The notes under the pieces were generated by a model, which did not search any database, was not told the origin of the DNA, and saw only the letters and a list, made by a program, of their open reading frames with translations. The translations under genes and the position numbers were made by a program. From contig NC_135761.1 of NCBI RefSeq assembly GCF_052425735.1, positions 17,236,001-17,300,000 on the forward strand: a stretch of DNA of 64,000 nucleotides. Direction: 5' to 3'. Of the stretch, positions 38,901-50,063 are shown one piece after another. How positions within the stretch are numbered: position 1 is the stretch's first letter; every line of letters starts with the position of its first letter. Source of the DNA: Oculina patagonica. Its lineage: Eukaryota.

Positions 38901-39761
38901 TACCACAGCAGATGCAGGAGGAGCGACTACCACATCAGATGCAGGAGGAGCAACTACCACAGCAGATGCAGTAGGAGAGACTACCACAGCAGATGCAGGA
39001 GGAGCGACTACCACAGCAGATGAAGTAGGAGCGACTACCGCAGCAGATGCAGGAGGAGCGACTACCACAGCAGATGCAGTAGGAGCGACTACCACAGTAG
39101 ATGCAGGAGGAGCGACTACCACAGCAGATGCAGGAGGAGCAACTACCACAGCAGATGCAGGAGGAGCGACTACCACAGCAGATGCAGGAGAAGCGACTAC
39201 CACAGCAGATGCAGGAGGAGCAATTACCACAGCAAATGCAGGAGGAGCGACTACCACAGCAGATACAGCAGAATCAACTACCACTGCAGACGCAGCAGGA
39301 GCAACTACTACGACTGTCGCTGAGAGAACGACAATTACACCATCCACCATCGCTGTTTCGAAAGGTTCAGCACAGAGCTCTCAAGCTACTTCTTCCTTGA
39401 CAGTAAAGATAACCACAACCACAACACGTATTGGGAACGCAGACAGCTCAACAAAGGCTGATCCCTCTTCTACTAAAGTATCATCAACTAAAAACACCAT
39501 AATACCCACCGGCTTAGGTAAGAAACGTATTATCGTTTTTAACGTTTTTTAAAAAACCATTCTAGACTAGAAAATACATCCTGCGAGTTGGACGGTTTAG
39601 TGTGTAGTATTTATAGATGTTTCTATTAAAATTACCTTCTAATGTTTTTTTCAGGTCCAGAGGTAATCATAACCTTGAATGTTGAGAAAGCTTGTGTTTC
39701 TAACACGTTTGTACCATCTTCGCCGCAATACAAGACTTTGGAAACAGGGCTCTCAAACAAT
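32983..39761 (+). CDS. Gene P: signal peptide + two pentraxin domains + Thr/Ala mucin-like stalk + start of SEA-like domain; 3' end lost in the gap
   Basis: Exons 32983-33055 (MMLVLFAYIGLFAARVYANECPLT), 33715-33925, 34893-35200 + 35422-35505, 36208-36339 (linker), 37040-37250, 37720-38111, 38465-39517, 39655-39761. 2571 nt in frame if 35201-35421 is spliced. Pentraxin motifs FTVCFW, FSYA, NELL, WHHIC.[ST]WE, LVLGQDQDSLAGGF, SFQG, NVWDYVL. Confidence 0.82.
35212..35418 (-). mobile_element. 3' end of an RTE-clade LINE with (AAG)n tail, inserted antisense in a pentraxin exon; 14-bp flanking duplication
   Basis: CAGGTACCGTGTAC at 35198-35211 and 35419-35432. Minus strand reads EGERQKMGFATW..EVVNVARDRLEWKK (with a frameshift), resembling RTE C-termini. 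Confidence 0.85.
38620..39310 (+). repeat. Coding 27-bp tandem repeat (ATTTADAGG), about 25 units; stalk of gene P
   Basis: Visible array inside exon 38465-39517. Confidence 0.93.
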
Positions 39762-40127
39762 GTAAGTGAATGGTACATACTATTTAGAGTTTTCTATTGT
39801 TTCAATAGTTCTACATCAAGGAGATGATGGCATCAACAGAAAAGTCATGTACCATATGTACGGCCATAAAATTTGATGTTGGTTTCTATTTTTTAGTAGC
39901 CAACATGCCAATGCATGTACAGGTCAAGATAGTCGGATTGTTTTTCGCCCAAAAGCTTTTGTAAGTTCCTTTAGTAAATTTATTGGCCTACATCAGTTAT
40001 TCGATGTTCATCGAGCTTTAATAATGTTGACCCAAGGGTATTATAATGCCTCACAAATGCAGTTGTTTCATAACTAAAAACAGCTCTTTTAAGGTAATGC
40101 AGCGACCGCTATCTATACGTAGCTATT

Positions 40128-40627
40128 NNNNNNNNNNNNNNNNNNNNNNNNNNNNNNNNNNNNNNNNNNNNNNNNNNNNNNNNNNNNNNNNNNNNNNNNN
40201 NNNNNNNNNNNNNNNNNNNNNNNNNNNNNNNNNNNNNNNNNNNNNNNNNNNNNNNNNNNNNNNNNNNNNNNNNNNNNNNNNNNNNNNNNNNNNNNNNNNN
40301 NNNNNNNNNNNNNNNNNNNNNNNNNNNNNNNNNNNNNNNNNNNNNNNNNNNNNNNNNNNNNNNNNNNNNNNNNNNNNNNNNNNNNNNNNNNNNNNNNNNN
40401 NNNNNNNNNNNNNNNNNNNNNNNNNNNNNNNNNNNNNNNNNNNNNNNNNNNNNNNNNNNNNNNNNNNNNNNNNNNNNNNNNNNNNNNNNNNNNNNNNNNN
40501 NNNNNNNNNNNNNNNNNNNNNNNNNNNNNNNNNNNNNNNNNNNNNNNNNNNNNNNNNNNNNNNNNNNNNNNNNNNNNNNNNNNNNNNNNNNNNNNNNNNN
40601 NNNNNNNNNNNNNNNNNNNNNNNNNNN
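40128..40627. other. Scaffolding gap (500 N)
   Basis: Run of N of round length. Confidence 0.99.
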
Positions 40628-42157
40628 TCTCTCAATACACGTGAATAAATACGTACTGGCGAATTAAACCTGTGATGGACCATCAGTCCATCGATCATCC
40701 AGGGAAGGGGTGTGGGGAGTAGAAATACTCCTAGTCGCTTCAGGTTACGGGAACCGGGATGAGCTCTGGTCTGATGGCTGAACTAGGGTCGAACGCAGAC
40801 TTAAGGCTGGTTCTCATATGATCGCCCCGATCGTCTCTGTCGCTTCTGTCGTTTACAAAGTCTGAGGTGATTGGAGCAAGCAAACTTTTTGAAGCGACAG
40901 AAACGAGAGACGATCGGGACGATCATATGAGAACCAGGCTTTAACCTACCTTCAATTTGCACGAAAGCGCTAAAATACGATCATGACACTTAGATGATAT
41001 TATTTATTTTATATGAAAGTGAAGGGTGTGTTAACATGATAGCTTGAATCTCACTCTGACGATAATAACTGTGTTTGTGTCGCAGCAAAGCACGCCGATA
41101 GTGACGTAACTATTAAAATGCAATTTTGTGTTGTAAACCATCAGTTCAGGCAAACCGGATTTCTTAGTTCAAAAACTGTGATTAGTACAGTTGCAAATGT
41201 GAATGATAACATGACTAACTAGTAGCTCTAATATTAGTAGTGTAAACTACGTTTTGCGCTTGAGCGAGGTGTTATTCTACAGAGGAGAAGTTAAACCTCG
41301 TGTTTTCTGTTGATTCCTTCCAGTGCACCTGCGGTATGACTTCCTTCCAAGTTTCTTTGTTCTAATGCAGTGGACGCTCTAGATCTCCGCCAGTTGTAAA
41401 ATAAGCAAAGTGTATCAACGTCCTGTTTACCAGAAAGGTTCGTTCAAGGTTTAATATTGGTCTTCATGTATTGATTGGTAATTCTAATGAGAAAGAGATT
41501 TGCAAGGGAGAAATGTACGGTAGTAAGGCAGTATACAATACTATAGTTGTTGTGATTTTTAATTTAACCGTGATCTAATAATGTTCTGCTTCATCACGTG
41601 TTTATTGCTAATAACTTTAGTGACACCGGCGAGATTTGCATAAAGAGCTATCTGAGCTATCACGATTTCAAAAAGCAATCAATCGATGATTATTTTTAGT
41701 TTGTTTTGTATCGAAAAGAAAAGATCTACGTCAGCAAGAGCCGGAAATCCGTTTTCCTTTTTTTAAGTGGTTTGTTTTTTAGCGGTAAAAGCTCGTTTGT
41801 GAACGCCTCTATTTTCTGTTGGTTATTTCAAGTGAAAATCAGAAGTTATTAAGACTTCCTGTTTGTCAAATAATTCCTCAAAACTAGGGCACCTAACGGT
41901 TGGTAGACATTACGGTTTCACACAAGACCGCAGGTTGGGGTCAGGACTCAAGCTAATAATAATCGGCAAAAGGAACAGGTGTACGTCAGTACTTACACAC
42001 AGACAGTTAAAAGGGTTTAAGACGGAATCCACTAGGAAGTCGAGTAATATTTATTAAAGTTGGACAAAAATCAATTTCCAGAATAATTTAAATCCTATTG
42101 CGTTATTTCCTACCCTTAATAAAAGGTGAAGATGTAAGTAATTATCCGTGATAACAC

Positions 42158-42590
42158 CAACAACAATTTCTTATCAGAGTCTGAGAAAATGAATTTCAAA
42201 GTTCACAAGGTATGGGAAAAATCTCACGTGTAGCCATTTTGTAAATTCGTCTTAAGCGATTCAGTGGAATTCAGCGGAACTTCCAAATGTGTTTTCGATG
42301 TGTGGTGTTGTTAGAAAAGATTTCTTTTGATAAGATATTTGAAGCAGTAACAAAAAAGTTTGCAATAAGGTGGAAATAATTCTGGTACAACAATTTCTTA
42401 TCAGAGTCTGAGAAAATGATATTTAAAGTTCACAAGCTATGGGCAAAAGCTTACATCTTTTAAGAGATTCATTGGAATTCAGCGGAACTTCAAAATGTGT
42501 TTTCGATGTGTGGTGTTGTTAGGAAAGATTTCTTTCGATAAGATATTTGAAGCAGTAACACAAAAGCTTGCAATTAGGTGTAAATAGTCT
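42158..42590 (+). repeat. Two diverged direct repeats of about 230 bp
   Basis: CAACAATTTCTTATCAGAGTCTGAGAAAATG...GATAAGATATTTGAAGCAGTAAC occurs twice. Confidence 0.85.
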
Positions 42591-42764
42591 TGGTACATAA
42601 TTTTGTCCAATAACTACTCGAAGTCCTGGCGGATTTCCTCTTAAAATGTTTTCAAACTCGGAGCGCAAATAAAATTTAAAAGCGTGAAATATTTCGTCTG
42701 ATATCATCCAGACTTCATCAGTCACTGAGGTGGTGTTTTTTAAGATGAATGTTAAGAAGACATT

Positions 42765-43170
42765 TCAAAGCCTCGGGGGAGTTAAAATTCTGTCATAAAT
42801 TGGAGCTAATTCAAAACCATTGTCTCTATTTAACAAATGTTTTCTGAGTTTTATCTCAATGGCCTCTTTTACCCGGCGTTTAAAGGTGTTGATTTCGGTG
42901 GCTAACACTTTTGTCTTGCTTGTGTCTACCGAGTGGCCCTCCAGTCGACAATGCTCATGAATGGCTGACGAGTTCCTCGACTGATGTTCTTTCATTCTGG
43001 TTTCCAGTAAACGGGACGTTTCGCCAACGTACTCCTTGTTGCACTGTTCACATTGAACCTGGTACACAGTTCCGCATTTCTTTAGATTGGACGTTTTGTC
43101 CTTGACATGTACCAATTGCGACCTCAGGGAATTTACGGGTTTATGAATAAGTGTGACCTCGTGTGACTTA
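42765..43170 (-). mobile_element. Penelope-like element fragment (GIY-YIG endonuclease)
   Basis: GTVYQVQCEQCNKEYVGETSR.L.TRMKEH...SAIHEH...R.VKEAIEI.....LNRDNG. Confidence 0.88.
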
Positions 43171-43174
43171 AGTA

Positions 43175-43960
43175 ATGTTTAATAAACAAGCAGGAGTGCT
43201 TTATCAAGTTTAAAACACGAGGCGCAGCCGAGTGTTTTAGACTTGATGAAGCACGATCTGCGAGTTTATTGAACGGCTTCAAAGACATTCCTAAATAAGC
43301 GTGTCCCAATAGAGTTCATATCATCGATGCCTCTGTGGCGTTGGAAATTAGCATACGAAAAAAATATTACGTAGAAAATAAGTATGCAAGAAAATCAAAT
43401 CTCACACGTGTTTTGAACTGAACGAAGAGGACATGGCGTCCACTTCCAGGGCTTTTCGGAAGCCTAAAAATGCCCAGGAAGAGAGGAAATTATCAGAAAG
43501 TGCTACCCCAAAGTCAACACAGGCAGCGACAAAGTGGTCCTTGAAAATTTTTCGAGAATGGCAGAATGGTAGGAAAAACAGAAGTCCATCAATCGAGCCT
43601 TGCGCCTTCAGAACTGACAACTCTAAAGTGCAATGCTTGGACACTGACATAACCAGTACGACGGCTGAGTCATTGAACTTTTGGCAGATTAAATTTGCCG
43701 AAGAAGTGTGCAAAGAGAATGGTGAAAGGTACAGAATTTTTCTGGATCTGTATTTAACAACTGTACTATTCATTTTGTACAAAAGTAAATGTACTGCGTG
43801 TGTTAAGAACATTAAATATTCACCACCATTTGTTGTTTCAGTTGATGTATTGTTATTAATATTCATAAATCACGTGCAGTGACTTTATATCTGATAAAAC
43901 ACCGCATACTAATAAGGAAGAGGTTTTATCAATATAAAGTCGATCCACGTGACGTATTAT
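43175..43960 (+). mobile_element. Crypton-like element fragment (N-terminal coding remnant 43433-43730)
   Basis: ATPKSTQAATKWSLKIFREW...LNFWQIKFAEEVCKENGERY resembles DUF3504/Crypton N-termini; upstream hairpin centred on CGAGGCGCAGCCGAG. Confidence 0.6.
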
Positions 43961-44203
43961 CGACCAGTTGATAGGTTGATGGGCTTATGAATTATTAATG
44001 AGTTTTTGAATCGCTCTTTAAAGGCGTTCAGAAATTCCTTTGATGTATGGCGCTGAAGCGTAGATTTTCTACTTGTTTTCGGGCTCTTTCGTTCCAGACT
44101 TGAAAAGCGGTATTGTTTGCATCCAATCTGGGTAGTTGTTTACTTTCAAAGCTTGTTTCACGTGTTGGGCTTCTCTTGTTTTGTCCTCGTCCTCGGTGAC
44201 CAA

Positions 44204-44415
44204 GGTGGCTTTCAAACCTCACAATCATTTCAAGGATTGATGGTTAATCTTAACGTGCGGGATTACGTTCTGTGCCCAGAAGTGATCGCGCGAATGTCAA
44301 ACGCGTGCCTATCTGCCTGGGTAGGAAATGTGTATAAGTGGTATCATTTTCAGGTTGGCGTTAAAGGGTAACCCAAGCTTCTTATTCCATCTCCTTGTAG
44401 TCCAATGGGTGTTTA
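44204..44415 (+). pseudogene. 3' remnant of the same pentraxin pseudogene exon in the right-hand copy
   Basis: GGFQTSQSFQGLMVNLNVRDYVLCPEV...SAWVGNVYKWYHFQVGVKG*; reverse complement of about 20165-20377; 5' part absent; stop TAA at 44369-44371. Confidence 0.82.
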
Positions 44416-45995
44416 AGTGATTTGTATTTCACGATGGACGAGTGTGTTTTTGTTCACGTGACACTTGACAACTATTTTCAGTCATAATCCCAGTTTGAGT
44501 GTGGTGTGTTTCTCTCAGTTTTCCAACTCAGTTGATCGGAAATAAGCAATTAGTTCGATGGCCATTTGGCATGTGTCTCGATATGTACAGGTCAATAAAT
44601 TACCAATGTAATTTGTTTCTAAAGAAACTGTTGCGCAGCGTGGGCGGGCAACTAAAACATGTAGTTTGAAGTTATGAATAAATGAAATCATATATATGAA
44701 CTACGGATGAAGACTAAACGAAGAGTACATCCTCGCAGTCACGAACACAACTTAAGCAGTTGCGAAAAGAAAGCCTGAAAAAAATATCAGGCTTGCCGGG
44801 ACTCGAACCCTGACCTCTGCGATACCGGTGCAGCGCTCTAACCAACTTAATGTCGAGCTCCCAGTTTGTTTGTTAGCTCAATCGATTAGAGCGCTGCACC
44901 GGTAGTGCAGAGGTCAGGGAGGATCTTCTCTTCATTTATTCATCATCCGCAGTTCATATATATGATTTCATATATTCATAATTTTATCTTCATCTTCCCC
45001 GCGATATATTACGAATCAATTTAATGACCAGCTCCCAGTTGGCTTGTTAGCTCAATCGATTAGAGCGCTGCATCGGTATCAAAGAGGTCAGGGTTCGAGT
45101 CCCGGAAAGCCTGATTTTTTCAGGCTTTCTTTTTGAAACTGCTTAAGTTGTGTTCATAACTGTGAGGATCTTCTCTTCATTTACATGTAGTTTGATTAAC
45201 AACTAGAAGTTGATAAAGGTAATTTTAAAAACTGCTGTTTCGAGAGCATTAGTTCTTCGTCGGAGCAAAATGGAGGACTGTGGGTTTGGTGTGTAATTGT
45301 ATACAAGAGGATGGTGTCATACAATTGGAGTAAGCATGGTAACGGACAACGTATAAATGGTGCTTCCTAATTATTTTAATAAAAACCCTGATATACTCAA
45401 TGATAATTTTCATACCCTATTTCAAGTTATTTTTTCCAGTAGACAAGTGCAATTTTGTATTTCATTATCTTTTAACAATTTGTGTGTGCATATAACTGCG
45501 TTTTTGCGGATCATGATTGTAATGTTGGATTTCTTTGTAACAATTCTGCGAAATAAACTTTATTCACGCAACAAAAATATTGGTATTGATCAAATTCGTT
45601 TAGAATTTTGAAGAAACGTACGACTAGGGGAAGGGCATTTACCGCTTAATCCCGAAATTAATCCCTGGGCTGATATTTACTCGACGTTCCTTTCAGGTGG
45701 GCTTATTTTCGGGGAGGGCTTGTATACAAGGGGATGGAGATTTGTGTTACAAAAATCGTTGGGGGTTTACTTGAGCGGGATGGTGTGCCCGCCCTAGGTC
45801 TCTGAGCATTCTCTGGTAACGTCAGGAGCTAACATCAGGGATGGGCGCAGGGGTTGCATTTTCTGAGGAATTCTTGCATGTAAGATTGGGGTGGGGGGGG
45901 GGGGGGGGTGGGTCCTATGTCAAAGATTGTAGTTTGTCCAAAAAAAAAAACGACCAAGGCAGATAAAACGATTCATACTTCGTTTAAGATCCACG

Positions 45996-46412
45996 CCCAG
46001 GGGGATGGGGGTACTCCGGCTTGTAAATGACGGGGATGATCGAATGGAGGCAAATCTCAGGGCCCAAAAAAATCCCTAAGTCTTCTGACATTACCCAAAA
46101 AAATCCCTGAACCAAAAATAACCCCCCAAAAAATCCCTTGTCAAATTACCTTTAAATTGCCAGGAGGTGCAATAACATAACACAAAGAACGCTCGTTTTC
46201 TTTATTCATCATACCATAAATACGCCAAGGCCGCGCCAAGGCACTTAAGTTCGTTTTTAATACCCACAAAAATCCCCTATCTAAATCAAGACCCCCCCAA
46301 AAAAATACTTGCCAAATTTTCCAACCCAAAAAAATCCCGGAATCGAAAATTTCAAACCCAAAAAAATCCTTCGATCATCCCCGTCATTAACAAGCCGGAG
46401 TACCCCCCTGGG
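45996..46412. mobile_element. 417-bp MITE, CCCAGG...GTACTCC termini, 8-bp TSD GATCCACG
   Basis: TSD at 45988-45995 and 46413-46420; empty site at about 18647 in the left copy. Confidence 0.9.
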
Positions 46413-49400
46413 GATCCACGATCCGAACCTCAAGACAGGCAGAGACCGGAATAATTCAGCTGATCTGCGATCCGCCGTATTTTCAAAGCCAAGTCCGCTG
46501 TTGTTTTAAGTAGAGCGTGTCAAACAATTTTTTTGAAGTAATGCAGTATCAGCCTAGTTTTCTGTCTCTCAAAAAGCTTGTCAGAATTCTACTCTTTAAG
46601 AGAAACCGTATGTCGACCGGCCCTACTTTTTTTAAGGTTACTCCCCAAAAGCCCCACCCAGAAGCAATACGCAGTTGTTTCCCCGTGCTCTTCAGGATCC
46701 TTCGCGCGAGCAACAATTATAATTAAGCCAAAAAACAGTAAAAAACAAAACTCGTGGCTTTTCTAACTAATAAAGGAGGTGAATAAAGGTACCCAAGTCC
46801 ACCAATTTGTGATATATATTTGGCCCAATCCGTTGACCTGCCTCTATTTTTGTTCAAATCCATATCTGCATTACTTCAAAATTTTCTGTGCCTTTGTTTC
46901 ACTGCAATGGATTGTCTATGTTTTTTATGCCGATTTTTCAAGAAGTTTTCTATCATTGCTTATTTCTGATTCGCAGGTAACGTAACTGCATCATGTAAAG
47001 CGTCGACAAACACAATCAAACATTCGATTTCCGAACGGTCGACAATCGTACTTAATTAATCGAACGTTCGATTATCAAACTCCTGCTTTCGAACAAAATC
47101 GAACCAAATTAAGTTCGATAAGGTACGTCTGTTCGAACTCACAGCAATTAGATGTTCGATGTTGTTCGTTAAATGAACCCAATCAAACGATTGGTGTTCG
47201 ATTGAGTTGGACTGGTTCGATTTTGTTCGATAAGATACCCCTGGCGTATTTTCTTAGCCAAATCCCTCGATCCGTTTACCTGTTTGCCCCCCTCCCCCTC
47301 CCCCAACCCTATTTCCACTCGATTTGTACGTTCATTCCAGATCGGATACTGGTTGCTCGGAGTCAAACTTTGGTGTGGTAACAGTTCTCATCTGTCAGCC
47401 CCAATTGTAATACAAGAAAAAAAACCAAAACTGCAATTTTCCTCGTTTATTTGCACACACTTTTTTTTATTTAATGAAAGCTTGTTATGTTATACAGAAT
47501 ATTGTGCAGGGTGGGTTAATGCAATATAGACTAAACTATTTCATATATACTAATCTGTTTACATCGCGTATTGAAATGCGATATTTCCACTAAATGGGTC
47601 AAACAATTAGTGATGCGAGTTTACTGTACGTTGCCAGTTGTCAGTTAATTGTTCATTAACTGACTAAATCAGTGCTATTTTGGACCGTTTTTAGCCAACG
47701 CGGTTCCACCGTGTCCCCGAAACGTCACGTTTTGCAACCCCATCGAGACCCACAAATGAATTTGCTATGAAAAGATTCACACACGTTTTACTTAGATAAA
47801 ATCAACTCCCTAATTTACATTAACTGGTCATTATCGATTGTTTTATTGTCGCTAAATTATGGCAAAATGCGTTTGGTTTTATTGAGTACGATATATAATA
47901 CATTGTTATGCCGTAGAACTCGATATGCATGAATTTCTGACTGGAAAATAATCAAAACTTTTTTACCTTGTACATGACCGACCACTCCGCAAAAAAGAAA
48001 CTGTTCTCTTTACGGAAAAGATGTTCAGGGCCGTAACTAGCAAGAGGTAAGACGAGGCACTTGCCTCGTCTTAATTTTTACCCAAAATTAAAAACAAAAT
48101 ATGTTTAGTTGGGAAAATATTCCCCAATTAAACAAGATTGATTTTTTTTCCAGAAATGCCTTATGAAAAATGTTTAAGAAATAGATTCAGAGCTACTAGC
48201 TCTTCAAATGTTCTGGAGAGCATGCTCCCAGAACCTCCAGGCAAGATCTTGCCTCGTCTATGCAAAAGTCTGGTTACGTCCCTGATGTTACCTCCATTTT
48301 TCACTGTAAAAGATGGCGAGTTGTATTTTTTAGCCCCCAATTTATCACGTGTATGTATGTTTGTTTAAAAACTAAGAAAAATCTATGATCTAAATCTCTA
48401 TGACCTAAATTAAACTGCATTGCCTAGAATTAAAAGCAAACAGGAATTCAGGGTGAAAAACTTGTCGAGTTATAAAACAATCCTATTCAGTCTATCGGCC
48501 ACATGCCTTTGGCGATGTCAGAGTTGTTTTTCGCTGCCAGGTCTCAAAGGGAAATAATCAAAGAAAGAGTTTTTGTGTGAAGCAACTTTTCTCGTGAGAT
48601 GCATGTGGTGTAAAAACTGTACATTTGTTTCCGCCTTCTCCTGCAAGGCTGTGGTTTGTTTCTTTACTTGTTCCTTTAATAGAATATCGTTCTGTGGAGA
48701 AAACAGATAAGACAGAAACGTTATTTAAGAGTACTTATCATAAATTAAAATAATTCATCGTTGCAGCTCGCGCCGATTCCTACCATAATTCATTTGGAAA
48801 CCTTCCGACCAACTGCCAAGTGATTCTTCCTCTGGTATGATCAAGTATTTTCGGCTAAGTAAACCGGTTTAACTATGCACAGGTTTTGGCCGATCGCGAG
48901 CGGACGGTCACTGAATACGCAATGTATTAAGCGAATTTTGCTAAAATCTATCACTGAACATTTTTTAACGATAGAAATTTTTCATGGTAGCCATGTTTTG
49001 GGACATTTTGATTTATCCTCTTTCTTGCAGTTACATTCACAATCTTAGTTAATTTTGGCAAGATTGCGAATCAAAGATGACGAACATAGTACTATGCAGG
49101 CAATAAATTAACTATGAATAGGCAATGAGTTAGTAACTTTTTTGGGAAGCATTTTTGGGTGTCCTGGGTATATTGGGTAGTTTTTACTCGTGAATGCATG
49201 AACGAGTATAGTGGGGAAGTTTAGCCTTCCATCCTTCCGTCCTTCCATCGATGTCCTTCCATCGAGTGGCTCATAGACCCCTTTGATCTAAAAAAAGGCA
49301 TGTTGGTATACCACTTCCCCTCCCACTACCATTTTCCACTACCCCCCTCTCACCATGTCCCTTTTCTGGATGACACCCGTCTACTGGGTTTAAGCTCAAT

Positions 49401-50063
49401 AACAGCTGTTGCAAAATTGGCATTATTTTTTTAAGCGATGACGTCAGGAAATCGCTTATTGCCATCGCATGACCGACCCGATCTTTTTGTCTTTTTGTCT
49501 GTTTCGGTCGAACAGAAATCAAGTTTAACTTGATAACAAGAAATCGCCGTATAGAACACAAAAGCAAAATACTCCCGTGCAGTTAGAATGGAACACTACA
49601 ATGTATAAACGAAAGAGACTAATTACATATGATGGGATCTATTAGAATTAGTAGACAGAAATTTCTAACTCTCATAATAATAATAATAAGGGCCGCCGTG
49701 GGCAAGAGACCGTTTGACCTTTCTCGCAGCTTAAAAGCTAGCTCCCGCGTATCGTATGTCGTTTATCGGAAGTCACACACTACAATATAACGCAATCCAC
49801 TGTTGTTCAATTGAGCAAATCTACGAAGAAAATGTATTATTAACTTTGCATCCTTGGCCTGCCTACTGTTAATTCTGTATTTTTTTTGAATTCCATCATA
49901 TCCTAACTATGCTATTTAGACAATCACCAACATTGCTTCTTAGGTTTAAAAAATGTACACTGCAATTGGATAACAGTCTTTATCCCGCCCTCAATTATGT
50001 TAGACCCTTTGTGAAACGTCATCGCTTCTGCATGCACTGCATGCCGTTTATTTAGTTTGCTAC

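Noticed and set aside
38620-39310. CRISPR-like periodicity
   Set aside because: Contiguous coding repeats without unique spacers, in a eukaryotic context.
38418-39350. 310-aa antisense ORF (VVVAPPASA)n
   Set aside because: Shadow of the gene P stalk repeat.
40046-40698. ORFs spanning N runs (also 4776-5114)
   Set aside because: Artefacts of translating through gaps.
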